From: Octopus vulgaris
Taxonomy: Eukaryota
Length of the DNA stretch: 64,000 nucleotides
NCBI GenBank assembly: GCA_951406725.2
Contig: OX597831.1
Coordinates: 63,550,001 to 63,614,000, forward strand
Direction: 5' to 3'
The translations under genes and the position numbers were made by a program. Of the stretch, positions 13,726 through 25,255 are shown in pieces (the stretch's first letter is position 1; each line of letters opens with the position of its first letter). The notes beneath the pieces are model-generated. The model searched no databases, was not told where the DNA came from, and saw only the letters and a program-made list of their open reading frames with translations.

Positions 13726-14316
13726 TCTTCGATAACTCAAAAGGAAGTTTTAGACAAGAATTATGGCAAGAGAATTTGCTTAACAGAAAGTTTTTCTATT
13801 CTTTTTTTTTTTTCGCTTTATTTTTATTTACTTATTTATACGCTTTTGTTATTTCATTGGTAGTTTGAGAGGAGTACATGAGAGATGAAACATGCGAACT
13901 TCCACATGATAATTTTCGGGTTTTATTGAATCATCCATCTTAAATGAATTGATCGATCAATCTCAATAGTTTCTTCAATAAAACATTTGTTGTAAAGGTA
14001 ATTACACTGTTGCAAGAAGAAAAGTAAAGTATTCACAAAATACATACAACAGAAATTCTTTTTGTTTTGTTCTGCCTTATTCTTTTTTTTTTGTTGATAA
14101 TTTATTCACCAAGATTTCTGTTTGTTATTGTTACTACAGCAAATATTAATACGCCAACACGTGAATCGATATTGATTTCTAACATAGGTACAGGGCTGGT
14201 AAGTGAGCTGGGGACAGGAGTTGCTCCATTAAATGAACCTTAGTAGTTGACTGGTACATTCTTTTATTCACTACTAAAAGATGAAAGGCAAAGTAAACCT
14301 CAGCTGGATTTGAGCA

Positions 14317-15207
14317 CAGAACGTGAAAAACCGAAACAAATACAGCAAGACATATTTCTCCATTTTCTCTATCGATTTTGAAATTTTATCGATGTAGCAG
14401 TGGACTGCCACCACCTTGAAATCTGAAAATATATTGATACTCGATATGGCACATCTGTTTTGTAAATGTCTGCTCCAAATGCAAGACATGGCAACTAGAG
14501 TCACCTCAAATCACGCCTTTCCATCTTACAAAAAGAGAACACTTTTGGGATCTTTTCGGTTTGAACGGCAGTTTTTTCTAGCGGTGTCATATGAAATTGT
14601 CACCCATAATTATGACCCTAGTATCGATCTATTGCATTTCAATCTGTTTTAGGGTTAGAGTTAGGGTTAGGGTTAGGGGTGGGGGGAAGGGTATCGTTTT
14701 TTCTTCAGAAATGTAAATAAACCAAATCTGTTTCTTAAACGAGGGACGTATTCATACGGCACAGAATGTTTTTCACTTCAATAGACGTCAGTGATTGGTT
14801 GAAATTGCAGAAATTGAAGGAAAAAAACAACAAATATCTTACAAACTCTAGAATTTTCTCAATAAAGCCAAGAGAAAAAGATGTTTTATAAACACATTCT
14901 ACCAGTATACGAAGTTTTAAAATTTTTAGTTACCTAGAAATTATATTAAAAACTGCCGTTCAAACCGAAAAGATCCCAGAACGTGAAAAACCGAAACAAA
15001 TACAGCAAGACATTTTTCTCCATTTTCTCTATCGATTTTGTGATTTTATCGATGTCGCAGAGGACTGCCACCACCTTGAAATCTGAAAATACATTGACAA
15101 TCGATATGGCACAACGGTTTTGTAAATGTCTGCTCCAAATGCAAGACATGGCAACTAGAGTCACCTCAAATCACGCCTTTACGTCTTACAAAAAGAGAAC
15201 ACTTTTG
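14317..15207. repeat. 231-bp direct duplication (14317-14547 and 14977-15207) flanking a MITE
   Basis: Copies align at offset 660 with about 12 substitutions and no indels. Confidence 0.95.
14548..14976 (+). mobile_element. MITE (~430 bp) with 29-bp TIRs and internal TTAGGG tract
   Basis: TIR GGATCTTTTCGGTTTGAACGGCAGTTTTT at both ends; homologous copies at 15597 and 40486. Confidence 0.93.
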
Positions 15208-15596
15208 ATCAAGTGCCTGTTCAGTCAAGGATAACATAAAAAAAAAAGAAACAAGTAAATTGATGATATGTTGTACCACAGTTAAATTGTATTGCTTACA
15301 ACTTCTGCTGAATCAAGAACTGGTTGTAAATGGCTTCTGTGTAAAATCATCGCTTTGAAGGAGAGAGTGAAGATGATTAGTGATAGATTAATCAACCAGA
15401 TGGATGCCATCGTCATATTGATCATTAATTGACATACTTTCAGTAGTGTCCTGAAGCAGTAGATAACCAAACATAATGATAAACGCATCAATGCAAATAC
15501 ACGCGCATACATATAGACTATGATATCGCATACATTTGTATGTATGTATAGCATGTATTACGTATGTATGTATGTATGTATGTATGTATGTATGTA

Positions 15597-16023
15597 GGAT
15601 CTTTTCGGTTTGAACGGCAGTTTTAACATGATTTCTAGGTGACTAAACACTTTTAAACATCGTATACTGGTAGAATATGTTTATAAAACATCTTTTTCTC
15701 TTGGCTTTATTGAGAAAATTCTATAGTTTGTAAGATATTTGTTGTTGTTTTTTCTTCAATTTCTGCAATTTCAACCAATCAATGACGTCCATTGAGGTAA
15801 AAATACATTCTGTGCCGTATGAATATGTCCCTCGTTTAAGAAACAGATTGGGTTTATTTACATCTCTGAAGAAAAAATATACCCTTGCCCCCACCCCTAA
15901 CCCTAACCCTAGCCCTAACCCTAAACAGATTGAAATGCAATAGATCGATACTAGGGTCATAATTATGGGTGACAATTTCATATGACACCGCTAGAAAAAC
16001 TGCCGTTCCAACCGAAAAGGTCA
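15597..16023 (-). mobile_element. same MITE, inverted, inserted in (TATG)n
   Basis: TIRs with a slightly mutated right end; flanks compatible with an 8-bp TSD TGTATGTA; internal (CCCTAA)n. Confidence 0.92.
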
Positions 16024-16296
16024 TGTATGTATGTATGTATGTATGTATGTATGTATGTATGTATGTATGTATGTATGTATGTATGTATGCTTGTATGTAT
16101 TATATAAGTATTTATGCATATAAGTATTTATGTATATATGTAGGTACGTATTTAATTTCTAATTAAATTCTCAAAGATAAGGATTGCAAAACAGTTCCAC
16201 TGGTTTGGTAGAAGTATCTAACGTTGATAGGTCAAGAGATAAACATCTAATATATGCATACATACATTGTGTGTGTATGTGTGTGTGTATGTGTGT

Positions 16297-16355
<59 letters not shown>

Positions 16356-16757
16356 TGTATTTCATTGAACCCACTCATCTCAGTTAAGTATTTCTTTATT
16401 GCTGAATGAAATCGAGATTGCAGTTACGAAGTTTTATCTGTACTCTAAATAAAAGCTGCTGCTCTTCTGAAAGAGACCAGCCAACCAAGAAACATAGAGC
16501 AATCTTCCTACTTTATCACGTTTCGAAAAGGTATCTTCTTTTATCTTTTACTTGTTTCAGTCACAAGAATGTGGCCATGCTGGGGCACAACCTTGAATAA
16601 ATTTTTGGTCGAATAAATCGACTCTAACACTTTAATTACTTTTTTTTAAAAAAAAACCCTGATACTTATTCTATCGGGCTGATTTGCCGAACCGCTAAAT
16701 TACAGAGACATAAACACACAGTCACATATTTTCATATCTGTTTACTTTCTTCGGGTT

Positions 16758-16828
16758 AGGCATATAGCGTAGTGGTTAAAAGCGCGGGCTACTAACCCCT
16801 AGATTCCGAGTTCGATTCCAGGCAGTGA

Positions 16829-16891
<63 letters not shown>

Positions 16892-16908
16892 TAATAATAA
16901 TAATAATG

Positions 16909-16945
<37 letters not shown>

Positions 16946-17155
16946 TGATAATAATAATAATAATGATAATGATAAAAATAATAATAATAATAATAAAAAT
17001 AATAATAATAATAATATCAACATCGAAAAATACCTTAGGAATGAGAAACCAAGATACCTGATGAAGGCTGGAGGCTATATCAGCCGAAACGTTGTGTTAA
17101 CAACAAACAAGATGGGGACAAATATCCGTCAAATTTAAATAATGTAAATAGTGTA
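16758..17155 (+). mobile_element. composite element: tRNA-like head, (AAT)n, hammerhead ribozyme, TGTAAATAA-type tail
   Basis: A box TAGCGTAGTGG, B box GAGTTCGATTCC, (AAT)n 16833-17017, HHR 17053-17098; second copy at 45268-45563(-). Confidence 0.85.
17053..17098 (+). ncRNA. minimal type I hammerhead ribozyme motif
   Basis: GATAC-CTGATGA-A-GGCTG-loop-CAGCC-GAAA-CGTT-GTGTT; stem III reduced to palindromic ACGT; GUU site. Confidence 0.75.
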
Positions 17156-17566
17156 TATTAAGTTTATCTTCGGTTTTCAAAGAAATGCTGATTATGAAAA
17201 AAAATATTCATTAAATACTTGATAGCTATGACTCATGTCGAAAACGCAAATTAGTCTATCCATGGCCTCGGAATACTAATTTGTGAATAATTTAAATAGA
17301 GATTGTAAAAGAAGCAACTTTGAAGACAGAACAGTTATGAAATACGTCAGGAAAATCTATTTTTTCCGTGGATATAAAAAATAACAAAACGTTTTCACAT
17401 TTGTTTATTTTCCTCAGCATAGGTAATAGAAATAGCTGTCTGACATCATCAAATTTAACGTATATTTTCTAATATACACTACTAATGCACATACATATAC
17501 ACTCACACATGACTGCATATATACATGCGTGTCTATGTGTGTGTGTGTTTGTGTGTGTACGTACTT

Positions 17567-17885
17567 ACGTTGTTGTTGTTGTTTGTTCCTTCTCGAGCCA
17601 TGCCTGACTCACAAGGGCCGGTTTCCCGGTTTCTTGGCGTATAGGTTCCCCACCTGGACGGGGCGCCGGTCCGTCGCAGATGAACTGCAAGGTGCTGGAG
17701 GAAAGAGTGAGAGAAAGCTGTGGTGAAAAAGTCAGCGGAAGTTTCGCCATTACCTTCTGCTGGAGCCGCATGGAACTTAGGTGTTTTGCTCATAAACCCA
17801 CACGTCGCCCGGTCTGGGATTCGAACCCGCGATCCCTCGACCGCGAGTCCGCTGCTCTAAACCACTAGGCCATGTGCCTCCACAA
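17567..17885 (-). mobile_element. full-length SINE, related head/core with tail type E and (AAC)n end
   Basis: Minus strand GTGGAGGCACATGGCCTAGTGGTTAGAGC...GGGTTCGAATCCC. 9-bp TSD TACGTACTT at 17558-17566 and 17886-17894. Confidence 0.9.
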
Positions 17886-18294
17886 TACGTACTTTGCCTA
17901 TACATATGCCTACATGCATAGATGCGAGTGTGGTTATCTGTGTTATATCATAGCATTAGACTACACAATTTGATGTCTTATATAAATATAAAATTTATAC
18001 TTGAATATCAACCGCTTACGTTATGGCTAATAAGTATTTATATTCTGGGATTATTCTAAGTTGTAAACATAAAAGAATTTCGGTGTGGTGGTCGACTATG
18101 TGAGACGGTAATTGGGCTAACCTATCTGATTGTGGTTAAATAGCTGTTAAACTGTAAGATTCTCTTTCTACATGAAAGGAGGGAGCAGATTAAGCTTGTT
18201 AAGCAGCAAAAACAACGTTTATGTGTGATATTCTCTAGTTAAGCTTGTTTATAGTCCTTTTGGTGTAATTGGTAGCAGCCATTGATGTTTTGCA

Positions 18295-18795
18295 TGTATG
18301 TATGTATGTATGTGCGTATGTATGTATGTATGTATGTATGTATATATGTATGTAGGTATATATGTATGTAGGTATGTATGTATATATGTATGTAAGTATG
18401 TATGTATGTATGTATGTATGTATGTATGTATGTATGTATGGTTGTATGTATGTATGTACGTATGTATGTATGTACGTATGTACGTATGTATGTATATATG
18501 TATGCATGTATCTATGTATGTATGTATGCATATATGTATGTATATATGTATGTAGGTATATATGTATGTAGGTATGTATGTATATATGTATGTAGGTATG
18601 TATGTAGGTATGTATGTATGTATGTAAGTATGTATGTATGTATGTGTGTATGTATGTATATATGCATGCCTGCATGCACGTATGTATGTACGTATGTATG
18701 CATGTATGTATTACGTATATGTTTAAACAAACACACAAATACACATACAGGTGTGCGTGTGCGTGTGTATGTGCGCGCGTGTGTGTGCGTATGTG
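18295..18795. repeat. degenerate (TATG)n plus (GT)n microsatellite
   Basis: Direct reading. Confidence 0.95.
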
Positions 18796-20390
18796 TAGTG
18801 AGCAATTTTCAGAGAAAGGGCAAAGGTTTAGTCAGCCGATCGTATTGCTAATTTGGGAGAAATATATAGAAGAGGTGCCTTATTGTTAGCATTAACACCA
18901 TCTTAATTTCTTTTCATCTATGACGTTTCACGGCTTTAATAAAATATTAACACGGCTGATACTTTATCTAATGGACAGTAGGACGGATCGATATGACATC
19001 GCAATTTGCTAATACAGAACTCGATGGCGCAGTGTGGAGTCTACGCTTTCGCAACGGTCTAGAAGGTATGTGTAATATATTTATGTAAGCAGAGAGCTTT
19101 AAGTGAGGTTGCTGTGAGGTTATTGCTTCAATAACATAATTCAGAACTTAATGACTTATTTTCTTATACTGTTACTAGTTTCAGTTATTGAACTACAGCC
19201 ATGTTGGCGCAAAACCTTCAAGGGTTTTAGTTTCAGTCGATTACTTATTTTAATAAATTTCTATTCGTGAAATGGTTAAGTTAACTTTATGGTAGGAGGA
19301 AGCGAAGTTACATTCGCCGATTTTCGGCAATAAAAAAAGAAAGAGATGTACATGTATGTATGTAAGTATGTATGTATGTATGTATTTATGTATATATATA
19401 TGTATGTATGTACGTATACCCTTCTGTTGTTTTTCAAATTCTGATACGGTAATAGGTGAGCTGTCGTGACAGACGCCATGTCTTGAGGCCATTTTGATCT
19501 GACGGAATCCATCCCGCACCGTGTCTGGCATCAGTTGAACTTGACGGTAGGAGAGAGAGAGAGACAAAAGAGTGAGTGAGACAGAGAGAGAGAGAGAGAC
19601 AAATGAGTGAGAAAGATACAAAGAGAGAAAAGTGCCGACCGTACCACAGGTCTTGTATTTTATTTATCACTCCCGAATGGACGGAAATTGGTAACGTGGT
19701 TATTTGAAATCACACAGCATATGAATTTATGCATATATGTAAGTATATAAGCATGTATAAAATTAATGTATGTTATCTGCATCTCTATGTGTAAAAACAT
19801 AGGTAGGTAGATAAGCAAGAGGTCGGTAAATAGGTAGGTAGGTCGGCCAGTTTGTCGAGTATGTATTACGTATATGTTTAAACAAACTCGTTCGTCTACC
19901 AAATTTTACTCTCCAGACATTAGCAACACCAAATGTAGTAGAGGAGACTTCCTCGCGAGTTCCGAGGCGTGGTTGCGAGGCAAATATATTAAAATAGGAG
20001 AGCTTATGATTTTGCAACATATGATTTCTAAATGATGTTTTATTCAAGTATATCGCAATTTGTAAATAACAGTTGATTAAAGATTCTAACGCACCACATT
20101 ACGGGTTTATTGACAGGAGAAAGGCGAGAATAACACCGGATTGTAAGTACAATTCGAACGGAACAAGCGGATTCGATGTAATACACTAGTTCATATCTTT
20201 CTTCGCTGATATTTTTTTTATCTTTCGCCTACATACATTGCCAAAAGTTACAAACACATATACATCCATTTCGTACAAACACCTCACGCGCACACACGCA
20301 TATACACACACGAATACACACACACATACACATACAGTCACGCACTCACACACGCACACACATACACACACAGACATCTAAATTTCACAT

Positions 20391-20810
20391 ACCTATTTCT
20401 TTACTACCCACAAGGGGCTAAACACAAAGAGGACAAACGAGGACAGACAAACGGATTAAGTCGATTATATTGACCCCAGTGCGTAACTGGTACTTAATTT
20501 ATCGACCCCGAACGGATGAAAGGCAAAGTCGACCTCGGCGGAATTTGAACTCAGAGCGTAATAGCAGACGAACTACCTATTTCTTTACAACCCACAAGGG
20601 GCTAAACACAGAGGGGACAAACAAGGACAGACACACGGATTAAGTCGACTACATCGACTCCAGTGCATAACTGGTACTTATTTAATCGACCCCGAAAGGA
20701 TGAAAGGCAAAGTCGACCTCGGCGGAATTTGAACTGAGAAGGTAGCGGCAGACGAAATACCGCTATGCATTTCGCCCGGTGCGCTAACGTTTCTACCAGC
20801 TCACCGCCTT
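20391..20810 (-). mobile_element. tandem pair of third-family SINEs (one 5'-truncated, one full-length)
   Basis: Two ~185-bp near-identical 3' segments starting ACCTATTTCTTTAC at about 20391 and 20575. Confidence 0.88.
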
Positions 20811-21160
20811 ATAAATTTCACATACCATTAAAGAGAAAAGCAGGTTTATTGTCTGCAGATAAGAGTACAGTCTTGGACACGTATTTCTGCTTCAATATGC
20901 GCCATCAGCACAACTGTCCTATCCAATCTCAAGCAGCCAAGGGATACAAACATATATATAAAAAGAAATTACGCATGTGTAGCTTACGAAGTTTGCACGT
21001 AAGGAATTACAATGTACATTCTATTGCAGTTAGCGCTTTTCCACGAGCCATTATTATTGTTAGGTGTATTAATAAATGCATGGAAGGACAATTGTGGAAG
21101 CTCCCATAAGTATGCACCCAAGAATGGGTTGATATAATAATAATAATAATGACAATAGAC

Positions 21161-21195
<35 letters not shown>

Positions 21196-21208
21196 TAATA
21201 ATAATAAT

Positions 21209-21296
<88 letters not shown>

Positions 21297-21320
21297 GTAA
21301 TGATAATAATAATAATAATA

Positions 21321-21872
21321 CCTGATGCAGTACCAGGCAGTGGCTCTCATGGCTTCTGATCTTAACTGATTGGAAGTGTTATCATGTACATTGTTTTGTC
21401 TTGGTATAAAAGATGGGCTACAGCAAATATTCTGCTCAATACCACAGGTTTGCTTGTCAGTTGTTTGACCTTAACCAGTTGAGCATGTCCCTTAGTGGCT
21501 GACGATATGTGCATCTCTGATCACGAGCAGAAGTAGTGAGGGAGCATCATAGCCATGTGTTGAGAGGGATTCTTTGGGGTTTGAATAATTCACCTCTGGA
21601 AACATGGGTGGTTCTTTCAACATCCTTAAACAACCCTTATTCAGAGACCTTTTGAGCGGGATGGGCTACTCAACCTGAAGAAAATTCTAACTGGGCCCCA
21701 CCTGCAAGGTCATGTGCTGTTTATCTTGATATGAGATCACCATGTCGCGCACATATGGTTGTGATGCATGTGCCTGATGTACCTTTATCAGACGGGTAGT
21801 CATGATGGGTATATTGGGCTTCGTATATTTTACCCCAGTGTCACTTTGATGGCATGCACTGCTCTCTCACTC
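21321..21872 (+). mobile_element. non-coding element embedded in (AAT)n, probably the 3' region of an AAT-targeting non-LTR retrotransposon
   Basis: Complex ~550-bp sequence precisely bounded by AAT repeats on both sides, ending CTCTCTCACTC-(AAT)n; no ORF. Class is inferred. Confidence 0.55.
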
Positions 21873-21974
<102 letters not shown>

Positions 21975-21978
21975 AATA

Positions 21979-22009
<31 letters not shown>

Positions 22010-22014
22010 TGACA

Positions 22015-22075
<61 letters not shown>

Positions 22076-22076
<1 letters not shown>

Positions 22077-22356
22077 CAGGAAACCCAAAAATGGCAGAAA
22101 TTCAAAAGATAGTGCCCATGGGAACTGCTCATATCCTACGCAAAATACTTTCTGTGTAATCTCAAGTTTTAAAACAAACATAATTTCCGTATGCTTTTTT
22201 TCTTAGACATTCACTAGTACAACACTAAATACAGAACCAAATATATGGCACACTAGGCATAACAACAACATGAACTTCCAACCTGTTGTCTCTTGAGGTC
22301 TCTGGGTGAGACTTGGAGCCAACTTGTACAAATATAAAGCAAAAGTGAAACATAGA
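22076..22356 (+). mobile_element. 5'-truncated RLE-type non-LTR retrotransposon 3' end (R4/Dong-like)
   Basis: 22076-22159 translates PGNPKMAEIQKIVPMGTAHILRKILSV*, the typical IQK...GT..ILRK.L C-terminus; followed by a 3'UTR and (AAT)n, inserted in (AAT)n. Confidence 0.85.
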
Positions 22357-22384
22357 ATAATAATAATAATAATAATAATAATGA

Positions 22385-22438
<54 letters not shown>

Positions 22439-22464
22439 TAATAATAATAATAATAATGATGATG

Positions 22465-22564
<100 letters not shown>

Positions 22565-22578
22565 TGATGATGACGATG

Positions 22579-22621
<43 letters not shown>

Positions 22622-22647
22622 TAATAATAATAATAATAATGATGATG

Positions 22648-22756
<109 letters not shown>

Positions 22757-23426
22757 AAAAAATATAATAATATACATTAAGTATGACTAAGCAAACTGTA
22801 GTATGAGCTTGCATCTATAACAATAATAATAATTAGCAAGTAATTACCTTTGTAACCATTTAATTAATTTAGGGATTTATACTTATTCATATGACCACTA
22901 GGCTGAGTGAATTAGGGAACGTTTAGCCAATTAACTGTTTGATCGTCTCGTCAGCTCACTGCTTAGGTGTTGTGGATGTTAGTTCAAAAGCTGCAGTCTG
23001 TATCATGATCTCCCAATTTAGGTCACTTCTCTTGTCATTACCTTCCCTTAACCGTAATTATCATCTTCGTCACCCTCCCTAATTCTTTTCCTACGGAATA
23101 AATTCCCTTCATTGTCTACTCATTTCACACTCCTATTTTATATAGCTTTTGGACCCCGCCCCTCCAACTTCTTTTATTCTTAATTGTCCAAATAGATACC
23201 TCTGTATTTTAATGATACTACTGGCATTGTTCATTACTTCGCATTGTACTTGTTTACATGTCTTTTTTTTTGTTTTATATTCAATGTCCTAAGCGTTTTT
23301 GAGTCGCTTACAACATATACCACTTTTCCATACTTTTATTTATTTATTATTTATTGCAACCCACCTCGTGTGTACCGTTGGCGATTTTTTTCCCTCTGTC
23401 TTCCCTTCTCTGGATCTTTCCTTCTA

Positions 23427-23463
23427 TGTTTCCGACGAAGAGCTCCGCTCGAAACGTTAAACA
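23427..23463 (+). ncRNA. minimal hammerhead motif (CCGACGA core variant) in pLTR-like repeat about 23000-23558
   Basis: TGTTT-CCGACGA-A-GAGC-TCC-GCTC-GAAA-CGTT-AAACA; 5-bp stem I; U4C substitution in the core. Confidence 0.65.
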
Positions 23464-24016
23464 CTCCTTCTTTCCTTCTTTCCTGGGCGTCCAATAATAC
23501 TATATTTGTTCCACGTCCTCGCGTTGTGTTTTTTTGTGCTTTCTTGTTTGGATTAACTGTAACGGTCTTAATTTGTTTTTAAAGTTAACTAACCATTTAT
23601 ATCGAACGCTGGACCTTGGTCAATCCCATTACGGCCATTAGGTGGTTGGACTTTACCACAGTAAGTAACTAATTAAAATTAATTGCTGGGCACTTTATTA
23701 TGATAAAGACTATTCATTAGTACTATAAACATAATTATTAGAAACTACTATGATTATTTCAAAAATTTATGGTACCTTCACTCCCTCTTTGACTAAACCG
23801 TATCCCGTTATTGTAAATTTTTATTTTAACTGTTTTTTTGTTACTTATCCACCCCATCACTTCCATAGAAAAAAATTAACCCACCAATTACTATTTTAAG
23901 TTTAGTCATTTACTCAACGTCACAAAGAGACACATAAGCAAAATGTTATGATTTAAGCATATTCAGCCTTTCCTTTTCCTCTCTAGGCTCTTCTTTCTTT
24001 TATGTATGTATTTTTC

Positions 24017-24127
24017 TTCACTCTGATGAAGCTCCATGTTCCAGGTCGGTTTTTATTACCAAATATTATGAATACATCAATGGCAATAGAATATAACATT
24101 GGAAGCAGAAACAGCTGTTAGATGGGA
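24017..24127 (+). ncRNA. partly degenerate type I hammerhead motif with long stem II loop in pLTR-like repeat about 23560-24215
   Basis: CTGATGA-A-GCTCCATGTT...AACATTGGAAGC-A-GAAA-CAGCTGTT; palindromic stem III ACAGCTGT; weak stem I. Confidence 0.5.
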
Positions 24128-24227
24128 TGCAGTCTATTTGTATTGAATTAAAAAATAATAATTGATATAAGTCAATTGTTGTTGATTAATATTTCTCCAT
24201 TTTCTGTTTACTTTATATACATATATA

Positions 24228-24612
24228 GGCGCAGGTATGGCTGTGTGGTAAGACGCTTGCTTCTCAACCACGTGGTTCCGAGGGTTCAGTCCCACAGTGT
24301 GACACCTTCAGTAGATGTATTTCACTATAGCCTCCGCCCGACTAAAGCCTTGTAAGTGGATTTGGTAGACGGAAACTGAAAGAAGTGTATCGTATATATA
24401 TAAGTGTGTGTGTATGTGTATGTGGGGGGGTGTTTGTGCTTGTCCCTTACCACCGCTTGAGAACCCAGTAATTTAGTGGTTCGGCAAAAACATACCAGTA
24501 GAATAAGTACTACCCTTCAAAAAATGAATACTAGGGTCGATTTGTTCGGCTAAAATCCTTCAAGGTGATGTCCTAGCATGGCCACAGTCACATGACTGAA
24601 ACAAGTAAAAGA
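24228..24612 (+). mobile_element. tRNA-derived SINE, second family
   Basis: GGCGCAGGTATGGCTGTGTGGTAAG...GGGTTCAGTCCCAC head; GAAACAAGTAAAAGA end. Confidence 0.88.
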
Positions 24613-24631
24613 TATATATACACATACACAC

Positions 24632-24841
24632 ACGAGTGGACGAAATTTGAAATTGCCATCGTCTCTTTTGTCCTAATAAATGAAATATCTTTTATTAGTG
24701 AGTTCTTATTCCGTCATTACTCCAAAATTTTCGTTACTACTTTTCGGCTGTCGTATTGATATACGACTCTTAATTTCCGATATATCATTTATTACGACAA
24801 AAGAGACGAAGCGGTAACATGAAACTCGGAGTACTGACGGG
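24632..24841. mobile_element. degenerate MITE-like element
   Basis: 31-bp inverted repeat with 2 mismatches (24659-24689 vs 24779-24809), with weaker extension outward. Confidence 0.55.
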
Positions 24842-25089
24842 ATAAAATCTCATCTCAATTATATTTGCCTTCTGTACTTTATGTATTGAGTGCTTTCGTT
24901 TTACGTTTATGATCCAAGTATATATAAGTATATATATATGTATGTGCGTGGATATATATATATATATATGTACATGTATGTCCGTATATATATGTATATT
25001 ATATATATATATACATACATATATAGCATATCTATCTGCGTGTGCACGGTGTAATGATGCATAAACTTTAAACCGCACTTGCAATAGAC

Positions 25090-25167
<78 letters not shown>

Positions 25168-25188
25168 GTAGGTAGGTAGGTAGGTAGG

Positions 25189-25255
<67 letters not shown>

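Noticed and set aside
14649-14678. TTAGGG repeats as a telomere or chromosome fusion scar
   Set aside because: They are internal to a MITE and present in all three copies.
20391-20810. Repeat-spacer pattern resembling CRISPR or satellite
   Set aside because: It is a tandem SINE pair in eukaryotic DNA; there is no regular repeat-spacer array anywhere in the window.
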